A stretch of 64,000 nt of DNA from Akkermansiaceae bacterium (GCA_031372635.1 JANMLQ010000081.1:10743-74742); one strand, 5' to 3'. Counted from the stretch's first letter, positions 17,825 to 26,430 are shown. The notes: generated from the letters alone by a model not told the origin. Numbers and translations are program-made.

Positions 17825-18096
17825 TCCGCCCCCTTGGACTGCGTGCAGCCTACTGCCGCTTTTCCGCCGCCAGGCTGCACAGGTAAGGGTTACTCCCGTG
17901 TAATCAGTCACGACTCGGCACTTCGCCATGCCGGTGAAAGTCCATTCTTCTTGATCCGTGTATCCAAGCAGAACTGTATTGATTCAATCACTCAGTTAGC
18001 GCGTTGCACTTTAAACATCGGCTCCTGATGCTGCGAATCTTTGCCAGCAGGCTGTAGCAGTCCAAGTAGCCAATGGCTACTAATGGCCCCGAAGAG

Positions 18097-18183
18097 CGGA
18101 ACGAGAGGGATTCGAACCCTCGGTACGGTTACCCGTACGTTCCCTTAGCAAGGGAGTGCTTTCGACCACTCAGCCATCGTTCC
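18097..18183 (-). tRNA. tRNA-Ser (anticodon GCT)
   Basis: Manual fold: acceptor GGAACGA/TCGTTCC, anticodon loop TTGCTAA, long variable arm CGTACGGGTAACCGTACC, T-arm GAGGG-TTCGAAT-CCCTC. No encoded CCA. Confidence 0.9.
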
Positions 18184-18206
18184 TGAAGCGGGTCGGGAGG
18201 TTTCAA

Positions 18207-19835
18207 TCATAGGGGGAACGCGTCGTCAACCCCGGTGGCGGAAATTTCCCCGTCGTTTGCGGATTTGCTGCTTTCGACTGCGGGCGGCGCGGGTGTTTCT
18301 TCTGCCACTGGCTCGGATGCGGGAGCTTCTTCGGTGAGGTCAGGTGTGCCATCCGTCGTGCTTGGAGCCTCGTCGGGTGATTCCTCCGCAGCGGCGCTGG
18401 TGTCGCCTTCGGCTTTGGGTTTCCTGGTTTTCTTTTTCTTCTTCTTAGCGGCCTTGGGTTCGGCGTTCGCGTCCGGGCTTTGGGCTTCGCGGACTTCCTG
18501 AACGATGAGCGTGTCATCGGTGAAAAGCAGGATGTGGCCTTGATGAAGGAGCCAGAAGAGGTCGGCTGCGAATTCGGCGGGCGGCGCAGTGCTGCCTTCG
18601 GGGAGCACTGCTTTCCAGAGGCCTTCGAGCTTGGCGGGTTTGTTAGCACGTATCCACTCGACCATGATGGAAGGACGCTCGGCAAGCGTCTGGCCGAGGG
18701 GAAGCGGGTGCGGGCGGGCAGGTCCGGTGAAGAGTTTGCCCTGGCGTTTAAAAACGGGCAGATGCTCGGCTTCCACGGCCTTGCAGACGGCGGGGATGAG
18801 GATGGCGGGATGATTGCGCGCGTGGTTGCCTGCGAGTTTCAAAGAAGCCATCAACGAGGCTGATAGATTTTCCGGCGCGATCGAGGCGAGGACTTCCGCG
18901 CAGCGTGTGGAATCGAAGGCTTGATCGAAACAGCGCGTGGCAAGTGCGCGCTCGGCCTCGGCGCGGTCTTCGATCCATGCTTCGTCGCCATCGCCCTTGA
19001 TGCGCCAACGGGTCTTTTGTTTCATGGTTTCCAGCCATGCGTTCACGGCTTCCTCGCCACGCTCGGTGCGGACTTTGGCGGAGTATGCGGCGAAGGGCAT
19101 GTTAGGGAAACGCTCGCGATGAATGCGGCGGAGGTTCACCTGATAGGCGTGGAAGTTAGGCGGGCCGAGCCACACGCCGGATAGTCCGCATTTGGCGACG
19201 AGTTGGAAGTTTCCTGTCGGTGGATCGACCTCGATGGTCTCCTCTTCGATGAGCTGTTGCTTGAGTTCGGAGTTCCAGAGATGGCGCACGGCTTCCTCGC
19301 GGGTGAGGAAGACGGATTCATCGAGCTTACCGCGCAGCAGCGGCGCGTATGGCTCGGGTGCTTCGAATACGGCACGGCAACGGGAACGTTCTGCTAGAAG
19401 AATTTTGGCGACATCGAATAGCGGATAGACGCGTGCGACTTGATGGACTTCCTTGCCGATGAGATGCACGGCATGTGCATCCGGCACGAGGATGACGCGC
19501 ACGCCATCGGCGGGCTGTACTTCTTCGATGCGCGGCGGGCCGGAGCGATGATCGTCGAATTTTCCGCCGCGTCCTTGGAAGGGTTTGCGGCCGCCATCGC
19601 GGTCTTGAAAACGATCACGCGTGCCGCCTCTGCGATCATCACTGCCACGATCATCGCGGCGTGGCGGACGTTCGTTGGACTTGCCATCAGGCTTGGCGGT
19701 GCGGTCTTGCTGGCTGCTGCCGGTGGCACGCGCCCATGATGGACCAAGCGCGAAGCTGGACAGCAGGCTGCTCATTGGATCGTTATCGGAATCGCTCACG
19801 GCGCGCACTCTAGGGAGCGATTTTGGAAATGACAA
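18207..19835 (-). CDS. conserved-looking hypothetical protein with Arg/Asp/Gly-rich N-terminus and Lys-rich/acidic C-terminal tail
   Basis: 542-aa ORF. N-terminal RRDDRGSDDRRGGTRDRFQDRDGGRKPFQGRGGKF, a globular middle, and a C-terminal KAAKKKKKKTRKPK plus acidic tail. Confidence 0.7.
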   Translation of the reverse strand: MSFPKSLPRVRAVSDSDNDPMSSLLSSFALGPSWARATGSSQQDRTAKPDGKSNERPPRRDDRGSDDRRGGTRDRFQDRDGGRKPFQGRGGKFDDHRSGPPRIEEVQPADGVRVILVPDAHAVHLIGKEVHQVARVYPLFDVAKILLAERSRCRAVFEAPEPYAPLLRGKLDESVFLTREEAVRHLWNSELKQQLIEEETIEVDPPTGNFQLVAKCGLSGVWLGPPNFHAYQVNLRRIHRERFPNMPFAAYSAKVRTERGEEAVNAWLETMKQKTRWRIKGDGDEAWIEDRAEAERALATRCFDQAFDSTRCAEVLASIAPENLSASLMASLKLAGNHARNHPAILIPAVCKAVEAEHLPVFKRQGKLFTGPARPHPLPLGQTLAERPSIMVEWIRANKPAKLEGLWKAVLPEGSTAPPAEFAADLFWLLHQGHILLFTDDTLIVQEVREAQSPDANAEPKAAKKKKKKTRKPKAEGDTSAAAEESPDEAPSTTDGTPDLTEEAPASEPVAEETPAPPAVESSKSANDGEISATGVDDAFPL

Positions 19836-19848
19836 ACTCCACGTTGCG

Positions 19849-21141
19849 TCAATTTCCCGTGGTTCCGGCGGCCGTCAGCAGCTCGATAATCCGCTGCGTG
19901 GCGCCGTCATGGCGTGCGAGCAGTTGGGATGCACTGCGAGTCATCGGGCCTGAGATTTTTGGATCGAGTGCGGCGATGATGGCTGCTTGTAGTGATGCTT
20001 CATCGGTGGCGCGAATGCAGCCGCGCGCGGCGACGAGGCGGCTGGCGAGCGGTTCGAAGTTTTCCATGTGCGGCCCGAAAACGAGCGGTTTTCCTGCAAG
20101 GATGGCCTCGCTGGGATTTTGTCCGCCGGTGGCAAGGAAGCTCTTGCCGATGATGACGACATCCGCGTGCGCCGTCCAATCGCGCAGCTCGCCAGTGGAG
20201 TCGATGAGGAAAACGTGGCGGCGATCACCGGTCGCCGTGGGTGCCTGAAAACGCGAGCGCAACACGACATCGAAGCCCGCACGCTCGAGTTCGGCTTTCA
20301 CTTCATCACGCCGTTCTGCATGACGCGGCACGATGATCGGCAGCGCGGTGGGTGCAGCCTTGTGGATGGCGGATGTGATCCACGCGTCTTCTCCGGGATG
20401 AGTGCTTGCGGCGAGGATGAGCGGGCGTTTTCCGAAGGCATCGAGCATTTCATCAAACTCGCGCCGTCTAACAGGAGCACCGTCGCCGGGATCGAACTTG
20501 AGGCTGCCGGTGTTGTGGATCTTTCGCGCGGCCACGCCGAGGTCGCACCAGATTTCGGCGTCTTCGGGTTCTTGGATGGCGACGGCATCGAGCATCGAGT
20601 AAAGCGGGCGGATGCAGGCTGCGAATTTGCGGTATCGCCGTGCCGAGCGTGGGGACATGCGGGCGTTGACCAGCGAGACCGGGATGCCGCGCTTCTTGCA
20701 TGCGAGCAGCAAGTGCGGCCAGGCTTCGCCTTCGATCAGCACGATTTCCGCAGGCTCGAAGCGACCGAGGTAACGCCGGACCATCGATGGGAAATCGAGC
20801 GGTGAATAGGTGACGCGCAGTCCTGTTAGATTCGCAGCCGTGGCCACCGCGTGGCCGGTGGCAGTGCCGGTGGCGAGTAAGAAGCGGCGTTCTGGTTCGC
20901 GCACTAGCCAGGCGCGGATGAGTTTCAGAGCGAGCAGGCATTCGCCGACGCTGATGGCATGGATGTGGACCACGCCGCAGGGTTCGAAGTCGGGCGCGGT
21001 GGTGTAAATTGCCGCCCGCTCGCCAAGCCGGGTGCCGAAGCCGCCGCGGCGCAGCATTTTCACAATCCATCCGGGAAACGCCGCGAGGAACAGCAGCGGC
21101 AATAGCAGCCGATAGATCAGAAGGGCGGTGTGCCAGCGCAT
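19849..21141 (-). CDS. waaA: 3-deoxy-D-manno-octulosonic acid (Kdo) transferase
   Basis: ORF trimmed to ATG 21141 (MRWHTALLIYRLLLPLLFL...). HAISVGE motif and the overall WaaA/KdtA layout. Confidence 0.88.
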   Translation of the reverse strand: MRWHTALLIYRLLLPLLFLAAFPGWIVKMLRRGGFGTRLGERAAIYTTAPDFEPCGVVHIHAISVGECLLALKLIRAWLVREPERRFLLATGTATGHAVATAANLTGLRVTYSPLDFPSMVRRYLGRFEPAEIVLIEGEAWPHLLLACKKRGIPVSLVNARMSPRSARRYRKFAACIRPLYSMLDAVAIQEPEDAEIWCDLGVAARKIHNTGSLKFDPGDGAPVRRREFDEMLDAFGKRPLILAASTHPGEDAWITSAIHKAAPTALPIIVPRHAERRDEVKAELERAGFDVVLRSRFQAPTATGDRRHVFLIDSTGELRDWTAHADVVIIGKSFLATGGQNPSEAILAGKPLVFGPHMENFEPLASRLVAARGCIRATDEASLQAAIIAALDPKISGPMTRSASQLLARHDGATQRIIELLTAAGTTGN

Positions 21142-21166
21142 CGTGGGCAGATTATGGGCGTTCGGC

Positions 21167-21196
21167 AACGTAGTCGAGGCCTTCAGTTCGTTCTTC
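21167..21196. repeat. solo REP half-site related to the RAYT-flanking hairpins
   Basis: AACGTAGTCGAGGCCTTCAGTTCGTTCTTC resembles the 5' arm of the REPINs at 21813 and 22543. No inverted partner is present. Confidence 0.6.
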
Positions 21197-21788
21197 TCTT
21201 CAACCAGCGCGGCCACAACACTTTGCATCCATCGCAGAATCCCCCACTCTCGCCATCCACAGTCTCAATACTCGATTCGGCATCCTGCATCACACAGCCT
21301 TTGATCGGGCAATGTTCCAGCGCCATGACGTGGCCCACTTCATGCACGGCCACGTTTCGCAAACGAAAGCGAAGTTTGGTTTCATCGGCTCCACGCGCAT
21401 TCAGCCGGAAGGTGGAAACCACGCAGACGCGCCCGTCCAATTCGCCAAGGCCGAAGATGCCCCAGTCCTCGTGTTCCTCCTTGGTGGTGGAAATGTCCTT
21501 GGCTGTTAGACCGATCACGATCCGGTATTTCTCAGGCGTTTTGTCATCGAGGAAAGTCAGTAGCTTCTCCGCGCGATAACGGCTGCGCGGCTTATACCAT
21601 GCCTCTTTCGGCAAGGGTTTGGTTTCCAAAATCTCTGCTTCAACTCCATAGGCGGCTTCGAGACCTTTTTTCACCATCGCCAGGCGTTCCGCAGTCATCG
21701 GACCAAGGGGCTGGATGGCGATGACCGGTGCCGCCACACAATGAGCGGCCATGGTGAGGAGCGCCAGAATCGGATAGATCGTTCGCAT
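21183..21788 (-). CDS. archaemetzincin-like zinc peptidase (M54) with signal peptide
   Basis: ORF trimmed to ATG 21788. HEVGHVMALEHC-PIKG-C-V-M-x17-C-DG-C matches the archaemetzincin signature HExxHxxGx3Cx4CxMx17CxxC except for Gly->Ala. N-terminus MRTIYPILALLTMAAHCVAAP. Confidence 0.8.
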   Translation of the reverse strand: MRTIYPILALLTMAAHCVAAPVIAIQPLGPMTAERLAMVKKGLEAAYGVEAEILETKPLPKEAWYKPRSRYRAEKLLTFLDDKTPEKYRIVIGLTAKDISTTKEEHEDWGIFGLGELDGRVCVVSTFRLNARGADETKLRFRLRNVAVHEVGHVMALEHCPIKGCVMQDAESSIETVDGESGGFCDGCKVLWPRWLKRRTN

Positions 21789-21812
21789 CGCAGGCAGGAT
21801 GGAGGCGTTCTT

Positions 21813-21881
21813 AAACGTAGTCGAGGACTTCAGTCCGTTCTTGGCAGCGAAGATCACGGACTGAAGTCCTTGACTACGTTT
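21813..21881. repeat. REPIN (palindromic REP doublet), left flank of RAYT
   Basis: AAACGTAGTCGAGGACTTCAGTCCGT, a 17-nt loop, then ACGGACTGAAGTCCTTGACTACGTTT. Confidence 0.85.
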
Positions 21882-21903
21882 GGCCAATCCACATCCTCGT
21901 TTC

Positions 21904-22551
21904 ATGGCATTCACGCCATACAATAGTGATGAGCCGGTCCGCAGGCATCGTCTCAATTTACCGCACTGGCGGCAGTGGGAACGCACCTATTTCGTCACTG
22001 CCAGGTTGGAAGACTCCGTTCCGCGTCACTTGAAGGATCACTGGCACGAACAACGCCGGACTTGGCTATCACAGCGCGGGTTTCCTCCAGATGTGGACAC
22101 GGACAAATTGCCTGATGCGGAGCGTATCGAATTCCACAGGACGTTCACCGCCCGTTTTCATGAGCTGCTGGACGCAGGTCACGGTTCGTGCGTTCTCGCC
22201 GGTAGCGGCCCTGCGGAAATCCTCGTATCTCTTCTAACCGCAGGGCATGGGGTAAAATACCAGCTCGATGCCTGGGTGATCATGCCGAATCATTTCCACG
22301 CTCTGGTGGAACCTGCCGAAAACATCACCTTGGGTGCGATCACGAAGATCTGGAAAGGATCAAGTGCCCGCGCCATCAACCTGCTGCTCGGTAGAGCGGG
22401 TAAATTGTGGCAGGCGGAGGCATTCGATCACATCGTGAGAAGCGAGGAGCAGCTCGAACATTTCCGCCGATACATCGCGCGGAATCCTGAGAAGGCTGGG
22501 TTGAAGAGTGGTTTTCTGAAGGGTATTGGTGATCGGATCGAAGAAACGTAG
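21904..22551 (+). CDS. REP-associated tyrosine transposase (RAYT; IS200/IS605-like Y1 HUH enzyme)
   Basis: LPHWRQWERTYFVTARL, HUH motif MPNHFHALVEP and catalytic Tyr region HFRRYIARNPEKAGL. Flanked by REPINs. ATG 21904 preferred over TTG 21880. Confidence 0.85.
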   Translation: MAFTPYNSDEPVRRHRLNLPHWRQWERTYFVTARLEDSVPRHLKDHWHEQRRTWLSQRGFPPDVDTDKLPDAERIEFHRTFTARFHELLDAGHGSCVLAGSGPAEILVSLLTAGHGVKYQLDAWVIMPNHFHALVEPAENITLGAITKIWKGSSARAINLLLGRAGKLWQAEAFDHIVRSEEQLEHFRRYIARNPEKAGLKSGFLKGIGDRIEET

Positions 22552-22613
22552 TCATGGACTTCAGTCCGTTCTTCGCACCGAAGATCACGGACTGAAGTCC
22601 ATGACTACATTTC
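22543..22613. repeat. REPIN (palindromic REP doublet), right flank of RAYT
   Basis: GAAACGTAGTCATGGACTTCAGTCCGT, a loop, then ACGGACTGAAGTCCATGACTACATTTC. Overlaps the RAYT stop codon. Confidence 0.85.
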
Positions 22614-22652
22614 TTGTTGCAAACCAGTCTCAATTGGAGATCGTTTGCGCAG

Positions 22653-22907
22653 ATGCCGCTCGCGCTTGCAGCCGATTTGAAAATCGACAGTGCCATGACC
22701 CTCAACCAGGTCGGGGTGGGCTGTGATGTGCGGATTCGCGTCTTGAGCGGGCCGGGCTGCGACCGCCTGCGCGATCTCGGGTTTTGCGAGCAATTACAGG
22801 TCCGCAAGCTCTCCGGTGGGCGCAATCTGATCTGCTCGGTCTGCGGCACGCGGATGGCGATCAGCCGTGATCTCGCCGAGCAAGTGCTGGTAGAGGCGGT
22901 CGCTTGA
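22653..22907 (+). CDS. feoA: FeoA family ferrous-iron transport protein
   Basis: SH3-like FeoA pattern (LNQVGVGCDVRIRVLSG...LRDLGF...V). Start uncertain: 22653 or 22695. The 22614 start lies inside the REPIN. Confidence 0.8.
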   Translation: MPLALAADLKIDSAMTLNQVGVGCDVRIRVLSGPGCDRLRDLGFCEQLQVRKLSGGRNLICSVCGTRMAISRDLAEQVLVEAVA

Positions 22908-22920
22908 TCCCGCATTGGTC

Positions 22921-24801
22921 ATGCAGGACGCTCCATCCACCATCGCCCTGATTGGCAATCCGAACGCCGGAAAAACCACGCTTTTCAACGCCCTCACCGG
23001 CTCAAACCAGAAAGTCGGCAACTACTCCGGCGTCACCGTAGAGTTCAAGTCCGGTGAAACCTTCACCCCGCACGGCAGGAAACTGCGCGTCCTCGATCTG
23101 CCCGGTTGTTATTCGCTGCGCGCGCAATCGCCCGACGAAAAAGTGGCCGTGGACGCCCTCAAAGGCGAGCTCCCCGGCTACACAAAACCCGATCTCGTCG
23201 TCTGCGTAGTGGATGCATCCAGCCTCGAACGCCACCTCCAGCTCGTCTTGCAAGTCATCGAACTCGGACTGCCCGTCGTGATCGCCCTGAACATGGTGGA
23301 CATGGCGGAAAAAGCCGGCCTGCGCCTTGATCCGGCGAAGCTCTCCGAAGAACTCGGCGTCCCCGTCATCCCCATGCAAGCCAGCGCGGGGAAGGGGATC
23401 ATCGAGCTGAAACAAGCGCTGCGTTTCCCATTTCCCGTCGCCCATCCAGCCGCGTGGCTCCATGGCGCGGAATATCCAGAAATCGCGCGCCGCGCATTCA
23501 TCACCAATCTCTGCGAACTCGCCGCCCGCCGCCCGGATGCGCACCAGCGCACGCTGTCCGACCAACTCGACAAGTGGCTGCTCCATCCCATCTGGGGCTG
23601 GGTCGTGTTTCTCGCCACGATGTTCGCTGTCTTTTGGGCGATCTTTTCGTTTGCGGAAATCCCGATGGGCTGGATCGAGTCCGGCCAGGGCGCACTCGGA
23701 TCGTGGATCACATCGCGGATGGCCGATGGCGACCTACGTTCGCTGTTGGTCGATGGCGTGATCGGCGGCGTCGGCGGCGTGGTGGTGTTCCTACCGCAAA
23801 TCGTGCTGCTGTTTTTCTTCATCGGCTTGTTAGAAAGCTCCGGCTACATGGCGCGCGCAGCGTTTCTCATGGATGGCGTGATGGCGAAGGCCGGACTCAG
23901 TGGCAAAGCCTTCCTGCCGCTCTTCAGCTCCTTCGCATGCGCCATTCCGGGCGTGATGGCCACGCGCACCATCGGCTCCGCGAAGGAACGACTCGTCACC
24001 ATCTTCGTCGCGCCATGGATGAGCTGCTCGGCGCGACTGCCCGTTTATTTCCTCATCATCCCGATGCTGCTGCACGAGAAAGAAGGCACATGGAAACAAG
24101 CGCTCATCCTCTTCGCCATCTACACACTCGGCACGCTCACCGCCTTCATCACCGCCCGCTTGCTGCGCAAAAAACTCGGCCCTGATACCGTCGCGAACCA
24201 CTTCATGCTCGAACTCCCGCCCTATCGCGCGCCGCAGTGGGGCTACATCCTCCGCCATGTGTTAGAGCGCGGCTGGTCCTTCGTCGCCAAGGCAGGCACA
24301 CTCATCCTCGGCCTCTCCATCCTGCTCTGGGCGCTGCAAACCTACCCGAAGCCCAATGACGAAACCACCGATCCGCTCACCTACAGCGCCATGGGCCGCA
24401 TCGGCGCGATCATCGAGCCAGTGGTGAAACCGCTCGGTTTCGATGGCCGCATCGGCACTGCCATCCTGACGTCCTTCGCCGCGCGCGAGGTCTTCAACGC
24501 CTCGTTAGGAATCATCTTCCGAGTCGAGGAAGCGGAAAACGATGAGGCCACCCGCGCAAAAACCCGCGATAAAATCAGCGCCGCCACCTGGCCGGATGGC
24601 AGGCCGCTGTTCACCCCGCTCACACTCGTTTCCATCCTCGTCTTCTTCATCTACGCCCTCCAATGCCTGCCCACCTCCGCCGTCGTCGCGCGGGAATCCG
24701 GCTCATGGAAATGGGCGCTCGGCCAGTTCGCCTTCATGGGCGGCTTCGCCTACCTCGCCTCATTCGTCGTATTCCAATTCGGCACACTTCTCGGATTTTA
24801 A
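22921..24801 (+). CDS. feoB: ferrous iron transporter FeoB
   Basis: G-domain IALIGNPNAGKTTLFNALTG, DLPG, and a polytopic C-terminal permease. Confidence 0.93.
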   Translation: MQDAPSTIALIGNPNAGKTTLFNALTGSNQKVGNYSGVTVEFKSGETFTPHGRKLRVLDLPGCYSLRAQSPDEKVAVDALKGELPGYTKPDLVVCVVDASSLERHLQLVLQVIELGLPVVIALNMVDMAEKAGLRLDPAKLSEELGVPVIPMQASAGKGIIELKQALRFPFPVAHPAAWLHGAEYPEIARRAFITNLCELAARRPDAHQRTLSDQLDKWLLHPIWGWVVFLATMFAVFWAIFSFAEIPMGWIESGQGALGSWITSRMADGDLRSLLVDGVIGGVGGVVVFLPQIVLLFFFIGLLESSGYMARAAFLMDGVMAKAGLSGKAFLPLFSSFACAIPGVMATRTIGSAKERLVTIFVAPWMSCSARLPVYFLIIPMLLHEKEGTWKQALILFAIYTLGTLTAFITARLLRKKLGPDTVANHFMLELPPYRAPQWGYILRHVLERGWSFVAKAGTLILGLSILLWALQTYPKPNDETTDPLTYSAMGRIGAIIEPVVKPLGFDGRIGTAILTSFAAREVFNASLGIIFRVEEAENDEATRAKTRDKISAATWPDGRPLFTPLTLVSILVFFIYALQCLPTSAVVARESGSWKWALGQFAFMGGFAYLASFVVFQFGTLLGF

Positions 24802-24841
24802 CCCGAACACCGAAGTTGCAGGTGTTGGGCCGTGCGCGATT

Positions 24842-25100
24842 AACCACAGATTACACAGATTACGCAGATTTCCCAATCCAGTGAACGACACCTTTCCGCG
24901 CATGGCTTGTTTTTTAGAACCTCTTCAAAATCTGTGCTCTCTGTGTAATTTGACTCAGTATTTTGGAGATTCGTGTTCGTCCATGTCCGCTGCGCTACCA
25001 TTGTGGTTCAACTTCAGTTTTCGGATTTAAGTTTCATACACCGCAAAAATCCACCATTTCCTCCTTCCCTCTTTGTGCTCTCTGCGCTCTTTGCGGTTTC
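24842..25100. repeat. composite, degenerate inverted-repeat element between feoB and its small partner ORF
   Basis: Left arm AACCACAGATTACACAGATTACGCAGATT (24842-24870) is nearly identical to the arms at 61-91 and 474-504. Degenerate complementary arms lie at 24928-24953 (AAAATCTGTGCTCTCTGTGTAATTTG) and 25068-25100 (…TGTGCTCTCTGCGCTCTTTGCGGTT). Confidence 0.5.
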
Positions 25101-25114
25101 AAAATCTTCCCACC

Positions 25115-25246
25115 ATGAATTGGCAAACCTACACCGCCATCGGCATCGTCACCCTCACCCTGCTGATCTTCCTCGTGCGTCTCGCCAAGCCAAAAAAATC
25201 CGGCGGCTGCGGCCACGATTGCGGCTGCGGGAAAAAACCGCACTAA
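25115..25246 (+). CDS. FeoB-associated Cys-rich small membrane protein (43 aa)
   Basis: My own translation: MNWQTYTAIGIVTLTLLIFLVRLAKPKKSGGCGHDCGCGKKPH. One TM plus a GCGxxCGCG tail, downstream of feoB. Below the ORF-track size cut-off. Confidence 0.6.
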   Translation: MNWQTYTAIGIVTLTLLIFLVRLAKPKKSGGCGHDCGCGKKPH

Positions 25247-25252
25247 GGCCGC

Positions 25253-25519
25253 TCAATCCTCCTCAAACTTCCGCGCGATCAAGTCGCCGATGGCTTCCAG
25301 CGCCGCGTCCGCATCACTGCCCTCGCTGCTCACCGTAATCACCGAGCCGTGGCCTGCGGCCAGCATCATTAGGCCCATGATGCTTTTCCCATCCACTTCC
25401 TCGCCGTCCTTTTCCACGAAAACCTCCGCCTGAAAGCGGTTCGCCGTTTTGACGAACTGCGCGGCGGGCCGGGCGTGGATGCCGAGCTTGTTGAGGATCG
25501 TGAATTCTTTTTTAGGCAT
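25253..25519 (-). CDS. ptsH: phosphocarrier protein HPr
   Basis: LGIHARPAA active-site His region and GKSIMGLMMLAAG Ser region. 88 aa. Confidence 0.9.
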   Translation of the reverse strand: MPKKEFTILNKLGIHARPAAQFVKTANRFQAEVFVEKDGEEVDGKSIMGLMMLAAGHGSVITVSSEGSDADAALEAIGDLIARKFEED

Positions 25520-25634
25520 GGAGAATCGGCTTGCGCCGGGCGGACCTTAGAAAGTCCCCCCGCCGCCTCCAAGGCAAAAGTTCCGCCGCCACGCATCGCT
25601 TGCCCGGAACAATCCCGCCTGCTACCAAATCGTC

Positions 25635-26267
25635 ATGATCTGGAAACTCCTCTCCATTTTGACTTGGCTGATTTTCCCGGCTCTCCATGCCGCCGAGCCG
25701 CAGGCGCTTTTCAACGGCAAAAACCTCGATGGTTGGAGCTTCGACATCATCGACCCGAAGGTAAAACCCGAAGCCATCTGGTCCGTCGCCGATGGCATCC
25801 TCATCTGCAAAGGCCGCCCGCCCGGCGTCCTCCGCAGTGCGAAAGAGTTTTCAAACTACGAACTCAAAATCGAGTGGCGCTGGCCCTCCGGCGGCAAGCC
25901 CGGCAACAGCGGCGTCCTCATCCACGCCTCCATACCCCGCGAGATTTTCGTTTGGCCGAAGTCTGTCGAAGTCCAGTTGGCCACCGGAAAGGCCGGCGAC
26001 TTCTGGACCATCGGCGAGACGCTCAACGTCGCCAACACCACCCCGCAAGGCCGCCGCTGGACCAAGCGCCAAGAAAGCGCCGAGAAACCACCCGGCGAGT
26101 GGAACACCCTGCTCGTCCGTTGCGAAGGCGACAAAATCACCGTCCGCGTCAACGACGCACTTATGAACGAAGCCACCGCCCTCAGCACCACCAAAGGAGC
26201 CATCTGCCTCCAAAGCGAGGGCGCTGAAATCCATTTCCGCAAAGTCGAACTCACGCCGATCAAGTGA
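25635..26267 (+). CDS. DUF1080 (3-keto-disaccharide hydrolase-like) secreted protein
   Basis: Signal peptide, LFNGKNLDGW, NSGVLIH, and C-terminal ICLQSEGAEIHFRKVEL. Confidence 0.85.
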   Translation: MIWKLLSILTWLIFPALHAAEPQALFNGKNLDGWSFDIIDPKVKPEAIWSVADGILICKGRPPGVLRSAKEFSNYELKIEWRWPSGGKPGNSGVLIHASIPREIFVWPKSVEVQLATGKAGDFWTIGETLNVANTTPQGRRWTKRQESAEKPPGEWNTLLVRCEGDKITVRVNDALMNEATALSTTKGAICLQSEGAEIHFRKVELTPIK

Positions 26268-26273
26268 GGGAGA

Positions 26274-26378
26274 AGAAGTGCCGCGTGATCGGTGAGCAGT
26301 GATCAGTGGGAAAGAGATCCGTGATCGTCATTTACGTAATCTTTTCTAATCGCTGCTCACAGATCACGCGGCACTTCT
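26274..26378. repeat. 30-bp inverted repeat pair with 45-bp spacer (intergenic, DUF1080/serS)
   Basis: AGAAGTGCCGCGTGATCGGTGAGCAGTGAT (26274-26303) matches the reverse complement of 26349-26378 at 28/30. Arms contain GTGATC sub-repeats. Confidence 0.8.
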
Positions 26379-26430
26379 TTAAAAATTCGCGTTGATTCCC
26401 GCCCCCATCGCCCGTGAGAGTCGCCGCGCC

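Noticed and set aside
17834-18028. 64-aa ORF in the AT-richer spacer between the DUF1802 gene and tRNA-Ser; possible integrated-element remnant at the tRNA
   Set aside because: There is no integrase, no direct repeat of the tRNA 3' end, and poor coding character.
21789-21986. N-terminal extensions of the archaemetzincin ORF (to 21986) and the waaA ORF (to 21228)
   Set aside because: The extra codons are translations of REP/REPIN hairpin DNA. Internal ATGs give proper signal or TM N-termini.
24973-25338. 121-aa plus-strand ORF downstream of feoB
   Set aside because: It reads through repeat arms, in a different frame across the small Cys-rich ORF, and antisense into ptsH. The translation is His/Arg/Pro low-complexity.
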